Part shown: positions 1 through 14,679 of the stretch, in pieces
Position numbering within the stretch: the first letter of the stretch is position 1
Layout: each line of letters starts with the position of its first letter
Assembly: GCA_002269645.1 (NCBI GenBank)
Contig: NIVC01000012.1
Location: 1,426,001 to 1,490,000, forward strand
DNA: 64,000 bases
DNA from: Macrostomum lignano
Lineage: Eukaryota
Direction of reading: 5' to 3'
Notes under the pieces: model-generated
The model's input: only the letters and a program-made list of their open reading frames with translations
What the model was told of the DNA's origin: nothing
Databases searched by the model: none
Position numbers and translations under genes: made by a program

Positions 1-118
1 ACTGAACAGCCGTACGCAGCCTTCAGATGCGCCGCGCAATAGCAGCGGCTGAGCTGTCGGTTGCACATCTGCCTAGTAGGGCAGGTGTAATCAAATATTG
101 GCAGCTATTTTTTATTAC
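1..118 (+). mobile_element. 3' tail of a tRNA/CORE-type SINE (truncated by window start)
   Basis: CCTTCAGATGCGCCGCGCAATAGCAGCGGCTGAGCTGTCGGTTG...GCAGGTGTAATCAA aligns by eye with the reverse complement of ~16470-16590, the 3' part of the SINE at 16463-16770. Confidence 0.7.
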
Positions 119-169
119 TAATTACAGTATATTAGGTAGTATAGGTAGTAAATATTAGGTAAAACTCAC

Positions 170-464
170 TCGCGCTAGCTGGTGGATTCTTGGAATTTTT
201 GCACACGTTGCACACCGGCTGGTCCTCGAAGATTGCAAAGGTGTCGTCCTCGATCATCTTGTGACAGACGACGCACTTGAAGTGATCAGGGTGCCATTCC
301 TTCTCCATGGCGCACAGCTTGTTGCCGAATATTGGTTTACCGCAGCCTCCGCACTTGCTAGAGGCCAGAATCTTGTAACAGCTCGGGCAATAAACTCGGC
401 CTCGTTTAACAGCGTATCGGTCGGATTTTTTTAGCAACTTTTTGCACACTTGACATTTTTCCAT
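170..464 (-). CDS. LIM-domain protein, first coding exon (half-LIM finger + one complete LIM domain)
   Basis: CQVC-x18-CPSC followed by CGGC-x16-H-x2-H-x2-C-x2-C-x17-C-x2-C (LIM consensus). ATG at 464 has an in-frame TAA directly upstream. Donor A|GTGAGT at 169; the downstream exon is not resolved. Confidence 0.85.
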
Positions 465-717
465 TTATGGCGAGTCTTTATCGTTTTGATTGCCGCATTT
501 CCTATCCTTTCGGTTAGGGCTGGCCGGCTTGGGTGTTGGAGTTGTGTTTCTCACCTTCAATCCTGCTGCAGCAATACTCAGCTGGCTTCCAACTGTCTAT
601 GGCTGAACTCTAAGGGCTCTAACGCGTCTGAGTTTCCAGCCCGGTCACGTGCTGCGATAATTGTCCTTGGGCTTGTCCTGAAATTTGCGTCCATGAGAAT
701 GCCAGAGTTAACCACCA

Positions 718-1066
718 GACCCTCAGATCCTCAGCTGCAGGGCCCGCCTCCCAGATCCTCAGTTGCTGGGCCAGCCTCCCAGATCCTCAGTTGCTGGGTC
801 AGCCTCCCAGATCCTCAGTTGCTGGGCCAGCCTCCCAGATTCTCAGTTGCTGGGCCAGCCTCCCAGATTCTCAGTTGCTGGGCCAGCCTCCCAGAGTGTC
901 AGTTGCAGGGCCTGCCTCCCAGATCCTCAGTTGCTGGGCCAGCCTCCCAGATCCTCAGTTGCTGGGCCAGCCTCCCAGATTCTCAGTTGCTGGGCCAGCC
1001 TCCCAGATTCTCAGTTGCTGGGCCAGCCTCCCAGATTCTCAGTTGCTGGGCCAGCCTTCCAGATCC
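718..1066 (+). repeat. 28-bp minisatellite (CCCAGATCCTCAGTTGCTGGGCCAGCCT)n, locus 1 of 3
   Basis: About 12 tandem units; the same unit occurs at 17484-18180 and, inverted, at 50818-52395. Confidence 0.97.
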
Positions 1067-1103
1067 TTAAAACGAGCGTTGCTCATTTAGAACTCGTTTT
1101 GGA

Positions 1104-1570
1104 GTCATAAGAGTCAGTCTATAGGGTCATAAGAGTCAGTCCAGGGTCATAAGACTCCAGTCTAGGCGTCATAAGAGTCATTCCAGGGTCAAGAAGAGAA
1201 AATAAAAAGAAAGGAGAGATAAAAGAGATAGAGAAAAGAGGAGAGAGAAATAGAAAGATAAGAGTCAGTCCAGGGGTCGTAAGAGTCAGTCCAGGGTCAT
1301 AAGAGTCAGTCCAGGGTCATAAGAGTCAGTCCAGGGTCATAAGAGTTAGTCCAGGGTCATAAGAGTTAGTCCAGGGTCATAAGAGTCAGTCCAGGGTCAT
1401 AAGAGTCAGTCCAGGGTCATAAGAGTCAGTCCAGGGTCATAAGAGTCAGTCCAGGGTCATAAGAGTCAGTCCAGGGTCATAAGAGTCAGTCCAGGGTCAT
1501 AAGAGTCAGTCCAGGGTCATAAGAGTCAGTCCAGGGTCATAAGAGTCAGTCCAGGGGTCATAAGAGTTAG
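1104..1570 (+). repeat. 20-bp minisatellite (GTCATAAGAGTCAGTCCAGG)n, interrupted by a purine tract at ~1190-1260
   Basis: Exact 20-bp period visible at 1281-1560. Confidence 0.97.
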
Positions 1571-2049
1571 CTTAGCGGTCAGAACTATAACACATTGGCA
1601 TATTGGATAATAATATATGTTTATTTCTCTTGTAGTCTGTTTTTAAGTTGCTGCGTCAGTTTGGGGTCACAAGGTCAATCGGGGTCAGAGAGTCAGACAG
1701 TCAACCCCTTCCCCAAACAATAAACTATTAAATATATTATCCATGCAATTTTGCACTACTCAAGACTTGTCTACCTTCTAGATTTAATCCGCTACCACAA
1801 AGCGCGCAAAAAAATGATTTGGCTAATTAATTGGCATTATAAATCATATCTATCAATTATGAATGCTCGTAACTGCTGCGTATTACGAGTATTTGAAGAA
1901 TAGAGAAGGGAGTTAAAGCTATGTGTAGCCTCACTCCCACTGACTCAGACTGGGCGGGTTGAAGGCTTTGGGTGGGCTTGGCCAAGGACGTCTTAAACAT
2001 GAAACTGGATTAGAGACTTTTGGCTGCAAATTTTTCTCAGTTTTGAGTG

Positions 2050-2645
2050 CATGAATGGGCGAATGAATGATTGAATGAATGAATGAGTGAATGAATGAAT
2101 AAATGAATGAATCAGTGAGTGAATTAATGAATGAATTAATGAATTAATGAATGAATGGATGAATGAATGAATGGATGAATGAATGGATGGATGAATGAAT
2201 GAATGAGTGAATGAATTAATGAATTAATGAATTAATGAATTAATAAATTAATGGATTAATGAATGAATGAATAAATGAATGAAGGAATGAATGAATAAAT
2301 GAATGAATGAGTGAGTGAATGAAAAAAGAATGAATAAATGAATGAAGGAATGAATGAGTGAGTGAGTGAATGAAGGAATAAATGAATGAATGAGTGAGTG
2401 AATGAATGAATGAATGAATGAATGAATGAATGAATGAATGGGTGAATGAATGAATGAATGAATAAATAAATGGATTAATGAGTGAGTGAATGAATGAATA
2501 AATGAACGAATGAGTGAAAGAATGAACATATGAATGTATGAATGAATGGATGAATGAATGAGTGAGTGAGTGAATGAATGAATGAATGAATGAATGAATG
2601 AATGAATGAATGAATGAATGAATGAATGAATGAATGAATGAATGA
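2050..2645 (+). repeat. (GAAT)n microsatellite, partly degenerate
   Basis: Directly visible; it explains the IHSF-repeat ORF 2248-2724. Confidence 0.97.
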
Positions 2646-3671
2646 GGAACAAAGGCGAGATTTGCCTATCCAAGTTCCAGTTAGAGCTCTCCATGGCCTG
2701 TCGCTGAGGTGGGGCTTTGCCCATCGCGTCTTCCTAAAGTATTAACACAATTGCCCTGAGAACGCAGTACAGTGCGTGTTGGCAATTATTGGGAAAAAAA
2801 TACAGCCAGTGGTCCTGAGATCCGCTCCCCCTTCCCCACTCCCCTCTTTCTGCTCTCTCCCTGTCTTCCCATTCTCCCCTACCCCGCCTGCCCCTCCCAG
2901 TTCCCCATTATTTCAACCTTTGTGTAAGGCTTTGAGTCATCCTCTTTCCCAAAAAGCCCTCTTCCCCTTCTAAGCTGTGAAACCTCTATCCCTGTGAATA
3001 GACGGGGCAGCAGTTGAGCATAGTGAGCATATAGTCTAGCTAAGCCGTGTCCCCAGAATTACTTTAATGTACAGTAAGTTAGATTGGGTTACTATTAGAA
3101 GCATTTTTTTACTCGTTCTCACATACCCGTTGTATAGGTTTTTTTAACCAGCTCAAAAAAAACACATGCGGAACTGCTTCAGACTCAAAATAGACAAAAT
3201 TTCTTAGCTTAGTATCAGCGACTTAATGTTGTAACTATAATTCATTGTGCTCCGCGTGTTGTGGCTCTGTATCTGTGGGGTGCAATGGCTTTTGTATGCA
3301 AACTTTACCGCATCCGACAGATCTGCACGCACCTGTCTTGTGACTTACTGATCTACAAATTCTGCTTTTAGCAAGCCTAGTCGTTCAAAACCAGCCGTTT
3401 TCAAAGCCGAAACGAAAAACTTCAGAGAAACTTTAAAAACACTTTACTTCTCAAAAGAAGGCACTGGATCCTTCACACGAATTAAAACTTTGATAACTTT
3501 ATTTTATAATTTTTCACTTGACTTGACAGCTTCTTTTAATTTCCGCTAAAGCCAAGAAGAGTAGGAAAATAGTCCCCATAAGCTATCAATATAAACTCCC
3601 GTTAAATGAAAATTATTAAATTAAATTATTATGAACCAAAGTATTCGTGAGTTTACACCGTATGCACACAA

Positions 3672-4600
<929 letters not shown>

Positions 4601-5005
4601 AAACAAACTGACTTGAACTCTAGTTTCTAAGCCTGGTATCTATCTATAGGCGTCCATGGCCAAGTTATATAGTTCATTTTTTTATAATGGTCTTTTTCTT
4701 CTTTTAGCAGAAGAAGAATTATTTCTACTTTTTCTCGCCGGGTCAAGGCAATTTTCAAGACCAGAGTGTGGTGGGTGGCGCTCGAGAGAGCAGTGCCGGA
4801 GTGAGAGTGCGTCCCCGCATGCTGGGCAATTATTAACTGTGCCCCCTGCCCTGTGCCTGGCGCACAATGGCCCTTAGCTAGCTAGTTAGAATTAATTTTA
4901 TATTGTCCATAAGATGTGCGATTTTTGGCTACCATAGATACTATATAACATAGCATAGATACTATATTTATATAGTATCTGTGTTGGCTGACATATATTT
5001 ATCGA

Positions 5006-6160
5006 ATTCTAGATATTACCCAATTCTAGATATTACCCAATTCTAGATATTACCCAATTCTTGATGTTACCCAATTCTAGATATTACCCAATTATATATA
5101 TTACCCAATTCTAGATATTACCCAATTCTAGATATTACCCAATTCTAGATATTACCCAATTCTTGATGTTACCCAATTCTAGATATTACCCAATTATATA
5201 TATTACCCAATTCTAGGTATTACCCAATTCTAGATATTACCCAATTCTAGATATTACCCAATTCTTGATGTTACCCAATTCTAGATATTACCCAATTCTA
5301 GATATTACCCAATTCTAGATATTACCCAATTCTATATATTACCCAATTCTTGATGTTACCCAATTCTAGATATTACCCAATTATATATATTACCCAATTC
5401 TAGATATTACCCAATTCTAGATATTACCCAATTCTAGATATTACCCAATACTAGATATTACCCAATTCTAGATATTACCCAATTCTAGATATTACCCAAT
5501 TCTAGATATTACCCAATTCTAGATATTACCCAATTCTAGATATTACCCAATTCTAGATATTACCCAATTCTAGATATTACCCAATTCTAGATATTACCCA
5601 ATTCTAGATATTACCCAATTCTAGATATTACCCAATTCTAGATATTACCCAATTCTAGATATTACCCAATTCTAGATATTACCCAATTCTTGATGTTACC
5701 CAATTCTAGATATTACCCAATTATATATATTACCCAATTCTAGATATTACCCAATTCTAGATATTACCCAATTCTAGATATTACCCAATTCTAGATATTA
5801 CCCGATTCTAGATATTACCCAATTCTAGATATTACCCAATTCTAGATATTACCCAATTCTATATATTACCCAATTCTTGATGTTACCCAATTCTAGATAT
5901 TACCCAATTATATATATTACCCAATTCTAGATATTACCCAATTCTAGATATTACCCAATTCTAGATATTACCCAATTCTAGATATTACCCAATTCTAGAT
6001 ATTACCCAATTCTAGATATTACCCAATTCTAGATATTACCCAATTCTAGATATTACCCAATACTAGATATTACCCAATTCTAGATATTACCCAATTCTAG
6101 ATATTACCCAATACTAGATATTACCCAATTCTAGATATTACCCAATTCTAGATATTACCC
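5006..6160 (+). repeat. 17-bp minisatellite (AATTCTAGATATTACCC)n
   Basis: About 68 units, with recurrent variants TTCTTGATGTT and TTATATATATT. Confidence 0.98.
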
Positions 6161-6702
6161 ATAAGCAAACGCATGGCCGCAGTAACCAGATGTATTGAAT
6201 TCACTTTCACTTCCATTCACTTTGGTGCTATATAAGAGAATCCTATATTTAGAATGCAATACTGCAGGTATTAGTAAGTGACAGTGGGTCAGGAAATGAA
6301 ATCTGACTGACTGACACAAGAATCTAGCGATCCGCATGACTTGGCATTAATAATTTTAAACCAAGTCTCATTTCTCTCATTTCGCTATACATGCATAGCG
6401 TAAAGATTTGCTGCTTTGAGAAAGTCATGAGGAACTTAGAATTTACGGACTGTCGCTAATTTTTCTGAGATTCTCCATTAGATTGCACCACTGTCTTCGA
6501 GCAGATAAAGTTGGCAGAGAGACTTATAAAAGTATCGTTTCACTTCAATGCATGTGGCGAGTGGCCTCAGCTGTATTTTGGAGCCGCGAAAGTGTAGCAT
6601 TTTATTCGAAACTCCTGTGCAGTGCGCAATTTTATCATTAGCAGCTCATCTCTGGCTTCAACTGCTGAGCTGCTCTTTGCTTTCTGCCTAATTTTAGCTG
6701 CT

Positions 6703-6930
6703 GTCTCTCCCTGTCTCTCTCCCTGTCTCTCTCCCTGTCTCTCCCTGTCTCTCCCAGTCTCTCCCTGTCTCTCTCCCTGTCTCTCCCTGTCTCTCCCTGT
6801 CTCTTCCAGTCTCTCTCCCTGTCTCTCCCTGTCTCTCTCCCTGTCTCTCCCTGTCTCTCCCTGTCTCTCCCTGTCTCTCCCTGTCTCTCCCTGTCTCTCC
6901 CTGTCTCTCCCTGTCTCTCCCTGTCTCTCC
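6703..6930 (+). repeat. 10/12-bp pyrimidine repeat (CCCTGTCTCT)n
   Basis: Directly visible. Confidence 0.95.
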
Positions 6931-7732
6931 TTGCCCCTCCTTTCCCTCGCACTTGGCATGCACTTGCAAGTTAAAAATTAAGCGCCATGTGTTCTTTATA
7001 CTTCAAATTTTGCTGCTTTCAAACATGGTCAGAAAAAATCAATACTTCTAAGTAGGAAGCGTGGCAGAGTTTTTGGCTCGTGTCGTTGTAAGCACCGAAT
7101 TTTATATCCTTGTCGGCAAAACTAAAAAAAATACTTGAAAGAATCGTGTCCCTGATTGCACTGAGCGGCATGCTTTGCCTTTTCTTTTTGTTTAGACAGG
7201 TGAAGTTGGTTCCGTGCCTATTTTTAGCTGTACAGCGGGCAGCAAGTATAAATTTTCCTATACGTGTAGCTTCAATACCGAACGGTCTGTTCACAGACCA
7301 CAATCTTTTATGACGTAATCTCTTCATATAATCCCTACCTGCCAGATGAATGCAAGCTCCCTGCTCGCTGCTTTCTGTGGCTAGGATGCATGGCCTGACT
7401 TTCATAGGTGGTGACTCAGACTCTCTTGTCTACCCCCAGTACATGAGGATTTCAGTAATTCTGTACCTGTCCGACCGCATAATGACAGTATCTGTATTCA
7501 GTGTTAGAGAATGACACTGAAACACAATAATCGATCATTCCATTCTTTCTAAATTTGATTTTTTGCGTGACAATGCATACGAAAAAAGGGAACTAATTAT
7601 GAGAGCACGTTAGTTTGCATAAAATCATAAAAAAGCTTAAATTTTATCTAAAATATTCGAATAACCTACTAAAAGTAGGCAAGCTTTGAAAATTGACACT
7701 ATTTAACTGGATTTTTTCTCGCCGCAATACAG

Positions 7733-9131
<1,399 letters not shown>

Positions 9132-9790
9132 GTTCTGTTTATGGATCATTGAAATGAGGATGTAATGCTTGAAAATTTATTGGAAATGCATTGACGCGAT
9201 GGAGTTTACATTTTCCTAGAAACGAACTTGTTTCCAAGAAAAACTGGAAACTTCCTATTTCGGTAAGGCTTGGATTGTGAAACATCAAAACGAGGCGTTT
9301 AAACAAATTTAGACGAATTTTTATTGAAGTGTTGCAATCTTCTATATGCATCTACATTCCTTGATGATTTCATTTATCAATAATATTTGAAAATTCAATG
9401 AAACTCAAAATGTGCAATGAATAAACAATTCAGCTACTCTACACATGCTCACTATACTCGTATTGTTACATATTCGTATCGTCGCTGTACATGTATTTTA
9501 ACCTGCTTATATGTGTCTATTTATTTACCTGTCATGTCACGTCTATCGCTCACTTGGCTGTCATTCAATTTTGATGGACTATATATAGCTATTAATTATA
9601 AATGTAATTATAATTCAATAGCAATTCCTTCGCGTAGGGTTTATTAGTAGCGAATGCAATAATACATAAATAAAACACACGTGTGTATGACTTTGCCGTC
9701 GTCTTCAACCTTTGCTTATCATCAATTTTGGTTAAAATTTAAAACATTCCGCTAATTTTTATGGCATAATTTCGATCCTGTACAATAGGC

Positions 9791-9920
9791 TCAGGGGTTG
9801 GCCCACACGGCTGTTAATTGCGCGGGCTGAGACTCCAATTTATGGCCCCAAAATTTGTGACTGCACTTAGAAATCGAGCCTTTGGCCGCTGGCACATCAG
9901 AGCGCACCGCGCTAGACCTC
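9791..9920 (-). mobile_element. tRNA-derived SINE, family B, partial copy
   Basis: Reverse complement GGTCTAGCGCGGTGCGCTCTGATGTGCCAGCGGCCAAAGGCTCGATTTC...GTGCAGTCAC matches 18573-18710. Confidence 0.75.
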
Positions 9921-11159
9921 CATATTCGGCCCCTCCAATAGAAATACTGGTTATACCTTGGAGTTGGATGAGCGGTATTGATGACCCATTTTGTTATGAA
10001 AGTGCAGTGCACGTAGCCATTAACAGAGCCAACTTTTAATTTTGAAACTCATTATACCAAAAACTGCCACTTTAGGGGCGCAAGAAGAGAACATTACTCT
10101 AATACCAGTCAAAGATAACTCGTATCCACTAAAGCTGCAGTTGGTCTAGATTTTATGAGCCATCTCATCGCTTGCTAAATTAGGCTTACAAGGGAATGGT
10201 AGTGCCACAGAGCAGAGAGAATATTTACGAATAGCTATAGAAGACGAAACCTGAAGATTTTAGAAATTAGAATGCGTACGAGCAGAGAGCATTCGTCAGG
10301 GATAGAGAAGAATCTATGGTGTCTGCAGCAGTTTGAGGCGAGAAAGAAGTAAATGAAAAACAGATGAAACAGCTAGAGAGACAGAGAGAGAAAGAGACGA
10401 GAGTTACCTGGCCAAGTCGAACCGAGAGTCGAATTTGAGCACAGTACGTACATGGACTGCGCGGCCTTTCGTCACTGAAATTTGTCATGGAAAGTTTTCT
10501 GGCGCTAAACAACAGACCAACTTGCCCACGTCATTCGAGCAGTTGTACTCAGGTTTTCTTTCTCTCAGTTTCGCTCCTCCACTCAGCGTAAACGAACTCA
10601 GAAATCTAGATCTGCAATATAACCCTACACTCTGCGCTAATACGGTAAATAGAGCGCGTACCGATAACAATTCCTTCAACGGGCTTCAATTTTCGACAAT
10701 AAATTCAGCAGGAAAACACTACTGACTAACTATATGGTAAGCCTGTCGATAAACTTCCTGTGTCCCATGTGAAAATTGTTTCTTTTCCTATTGAGAGGCG
10801 GCCTAACTACAAATTAGTTGTGAAGTACACCTTAGTCTTGTCTGAAAACGCACTCACACAGGGATGATGTCACAGAGGTCACAGTGCCAGTACGAGTATA
10901 CAGAAGCCCTGACTTTCTAAATATACAGTGCACACACGCAGTGATATTGTAGGTTAGGCCGCATGGTTGTGAAATCGGACACGACAAAAAGCTCCAGCTG
11001 GACTCAAAATCTGTTGATTACTCGTTGCTTTAAAAAAAACACTTACACTAGCAAATACTCATCCGTCAGTCTCAGGGTCGCAAAAATCAGGGACCGCAGC
11101 CGCCTGGGCCGCCGGCGCCGCAACCAACCGGGCCGTTCCCGGAGCAGCCGCCGTCCTAC

Positions 11160-12778
11160 ATGGAGGCTACTAGTGGCGTTTGGGGCGCTCCGCCTTCTGC
11201 GCCGCCTCCGTCAGCGTCGCAGCTGTACCAGCAGCTGTACCAGCAGCCACAGCCGTATCCACAGCAACATCCGCAGTACCCATATCAGCCTCAGCCGAAC
11301 CCACAGGCCCCTCAGCAGTATATGCAGCCACAGATGCAGCCCTATCAGCCACAGCAGCCGCCCTATCAGCCACAGCAGCATCAGTCATCAGACGACGACA
11401 TCAGCGTCTGGTTCTACGCCGTAGACGAGGACGGCAATGGGCACATTACTGCCGAAGAATTGCAGCAGGCTCTGCTAGATGAAAACTATCAACCGTTCAG
11501 TTCTAAGACTTGTAAGACTCTGGTAAGCTCGATTCTAGCCGATTAATCATATTGCACTAATAAGGTTTTATGACTTGGATCGGCATCTTAGCGGTTATTG
11601 AGGGTTGATAATGGGTAACAGTCTTGAAAACGTTAGGCGACTTTAACAAGAGGTAATTAAGGATGATTTTTCAACCGGACTCAACGGAGGAATTTGTCAC
11701 CATTCTCAGAATATCATATCAGAATATCAGAAAATTAGTTTTTTGGCATTATCGCAAATCACATGCGACAGCTGATAGCGAGGAGGCTAGCAAGTGCAGA
11801 TGTCCGTTGTACTACTCGTAATGGATGAGGGGCAGGCACGCGCTCACGCAGGTTGTACAGAAGCCGACCTTCTGATTTTCAGTCAATTTGCCACACTATG
11901 TGCTTCAAATATGGGTTTGGTCGATCCTCATGGGCGCGAATGGCACAAATTTTCGTTCGTCAAGCGCGCACAGTTGCGAGAGTATCACATATGTTTACCG
12001 CCGGATTTGAATGAGCCGTAGATGGTACTGGACTTACTATTGGGATCAATTAGGTCTATTAAAAGACATTAAATCTTCAGTATACTTCACTAAAATGCCA
12101 AAATAGCTATTGCAGTTTCGGACAGTATACTTCAGGAATAATTGACGCACCTAAAAGTTGTCCTGGAGCGTGTGCTATTCTCGCCCCATGAGGGCCAACC
12201 CGCAAGGCACGGGTGTACATGTACATGTTTACGTATCAGAAGATGAGAAACTCACTGCATGGTTACTGACCCACTGTCATCTTGATTCGGAGCACCGTCC
12301 CAACGTGCTCACTAGGAAAAAACTACCTGTAACTATATAGCTAATAACAAACTAATCTATCGAAACTTAAAACACAAGAAAAAAGTTTTAACTGAAGCCC
12401 TCTCATTCAATCCCTCAGGTAAACATGTTCGACGACAATGCCAACGGCGAAATCGAACTCTCCGAATTTGTCCAGCTCTATCATTATGTTCGAAGGTGGC
12501 GCGAAATTTTCCTACGCCACGACGCCGACAACAGCGGCACCATCGAGCTGGACGAGTTGCTCGACTCGCTCAACACAGTGCACGCTCCGTTGCGATTCTC
12601 GCGCGGCTTCTGCGAGCAGATGCTCCGCCGGTTTGGCAGGCGCGTCAGCGGTCAGCACTGCCTCAGTCTGGACCAGTTCATCGCCTTGAACGCTGGCTTG
12701 AGTCGTCTAGCGAATGGCTACACTGGCCGACCAAATGACATTGAGAACTATCTGCTCAAGCGACTACGCGACAGTTAA
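11160..12778 (+). CDS. Penta-EF-hand family Ca2+-binding protein (peflin/PDCD6/sorcin-like)
   Basis: Exons 11160-11522 (CTG|GTAAGC) and 12419-12778 (CTCAG|GTA). Pro/Gln/Tyr-rich N-terminus; EF loops DEDGNGHITAEE, DDNANGEIELSE and DADNSGTIELDE; ..TCKTLVNMFD.. matches the PEF-family pattern. Confidence 0.9.
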
Positions 12779-12786
12779 GTCCGTGC

Positions 12787-13376
12787 TTAGGGCTTTATAG
12801 AGGGCGTTTTTAGTCGGCATGTGTGTAGAGGGAGAGCGTAGCCACTTGCGAACCGTGTGTTTGCTACCAAACATTTACTATGGAAATGCAACAACAAGTG
12901 CTGCTGCAGTGAATTCCGAGAATGTGTTATATACTGCATAGAGAGTGAAAGTTGTAACACTCAGAGATAATAGATGATAATAATAGGTTAAGAAGTTTTA
13001 CAGGTAAAACGTAATTAATTCTGCTAATTTTACTTGCTTGTCTGCCCCAAAAGTTTTTATCCTGAGGATGCTGTGCTGATGCTTTTACCTCTGGTTTGGA
13101 TGTAAAGTACAAAATAATATCTGCTCTTATAGTTACTGCAGTGTCGAAATGATAATATAGCCATCAGTTATTGGTCACTATTAATGATTCGCAATCCAAA
13201 TACGTTCTCACATTGATAGCGCTCTCTTGAGTCGAGTTAAAAATTCAATTAGCTACATACATAATGCATGTGTTTTTATCCTTTTTTATGTTGCTTCATT
13301 CACAGATTCATTTGGCCATATCGATTGACAATTTAGAATAAAAGTGTATTTTATATGAGACGTTTGGAATTTCCAC
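12787..13376 (+). repeat. 590-bp segment duplicated at 24902-25491
   Basis: Read side by side, the two copies differ at about five positions. This copy begins 9 nt after the PEF stop codon. Confidence 0.95.
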
Positions 13377-14232
13377 TGCAGATTTGCCTGAAATGCTTCT
13401 GCAGAATCTTTCAATATTTCCCTTACAGTTTATGCAACAATTTATCAGCACATTATTTATATTTGTTAGTTTTATCCAGATAAATTCGCCGAATTGAAGC
13501 CCCTGAAATCTGATCACTTTTTTAACTTCAAGTGAATGGTGTCAACTGCCTTGGAAGTATATTTTTTATTTGTCATATGTTAATAATATAGCATTCGTCT
13601 GTTCGCTTCCCCATTGTTTAAAGATTCATTACATACTTGCCGGTTGTCGTGTGAGTATTGTTAAATATACATTGACAGGATAAGCTATAGCTATATAGTT
13701 TTGATTTTCATCAAGGTAACTATACGCGAGCTATAAAATGCTGGCGTTCGAGTCAGTTTCTGTAAAGACCGCGCATTTAGAAAGAAACTGCCATTAATTT
13801 GTGCCGTAGCAAATCAGCTTGGACACGAATGCAATGCCAATTGCCAAATGCAATAACTGCTCTGGGAAATGCAAGTTAACAAAAAGTAATATGTACGGTA
13901 TACTTACTGAATTGTTCGATACATTCGAAACATTCTAACACAAGTTGCCTCAATGGCTGGTTTAGCACACACAAAATCAATAGCGGGCTTATTCAATAGA
14001 TTAACTAAAAACGAAGTCTAAAAAGATTAATTTTATTCCTACTTTTATACTTCTAAAAGCACGCTTGAAAAAATATTCTATTATTAGAGTTTAATCTTTG
14101 CATTAATAGATGTTTCATGCTTTTATTGACGGTCTAATTAAACCTCACTTAGCAAATTACCCCTTCAGCAATCCGACGTTCGATCCTAACGTCTGTCGAC
14201 GTCAATGACAAACGTGTATATACTGATACATT

Positions 14233-14679
14233 CAGGGGCGTCGCCATGGATTTTATGGTGGGGGACAAAGCCAAGAATTCAACATGTACATGTACATGAA
14301 TAAATTCCTACATTTCAATTATTTTGAGAATCGTGTTGTCAACCCTCATTTTGGCGCTGCAGGTAGGTACTCATTTTAGCGCCGCAGGCACTCATTTTGC
14401 CGCCGCAGGCATTACTTGTGTGGCGCCGCCGCAGGCATTACTTGTGGCGCCGCCGCAGGCATTACTTGAATGGCGCCGCAGGCACTCCTTTTGGCGCCCC
14501 AGGCATTACTTTTGGCGCCGCAGGCACTCATTTTGGCGCCCCAGGCACTCATTTTAGCGCCGTAAGCTCTATATTTTGGCGCCCTGAATAAAAACTATTG
14601 ATTTACCACAACGAGTCTGCACAAGGTGGGGTGGGGACAAGCATGGCATGTCCCCCCATCCCCGGTGGCGACGCGCTTG
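14233..14679. mobile_element. hAT-type MITE with internal 21-bp minisatellite
   Basis: TIR CAGGGGCGTCGCCA / CAAGCGCGTCGCCA (12/14); perfect 8-bp TSD GATACATT (14225-32, 14680-87); internal TTTTGGCGCCGCAGGCACTCA repeats. Confidence 0.9.

Noticed and set aside
1-75. Possible second exon of the LIM gene
   Set aside because: The sequence is the tail of a SINE also present at ~16470-16590.
555-677. AG/GT-bounded minus-strand segment as an upstream coding exon of the LIM gene
   Set aside because: All three frames contain stops; at most it is a 5' UTR exon.
450-1110. CWASLP/GQPPR repeat ORFs (also 17500-18231 and 50622-52397)
   Set aside because: They are translations of the 28-bp minisatellite.
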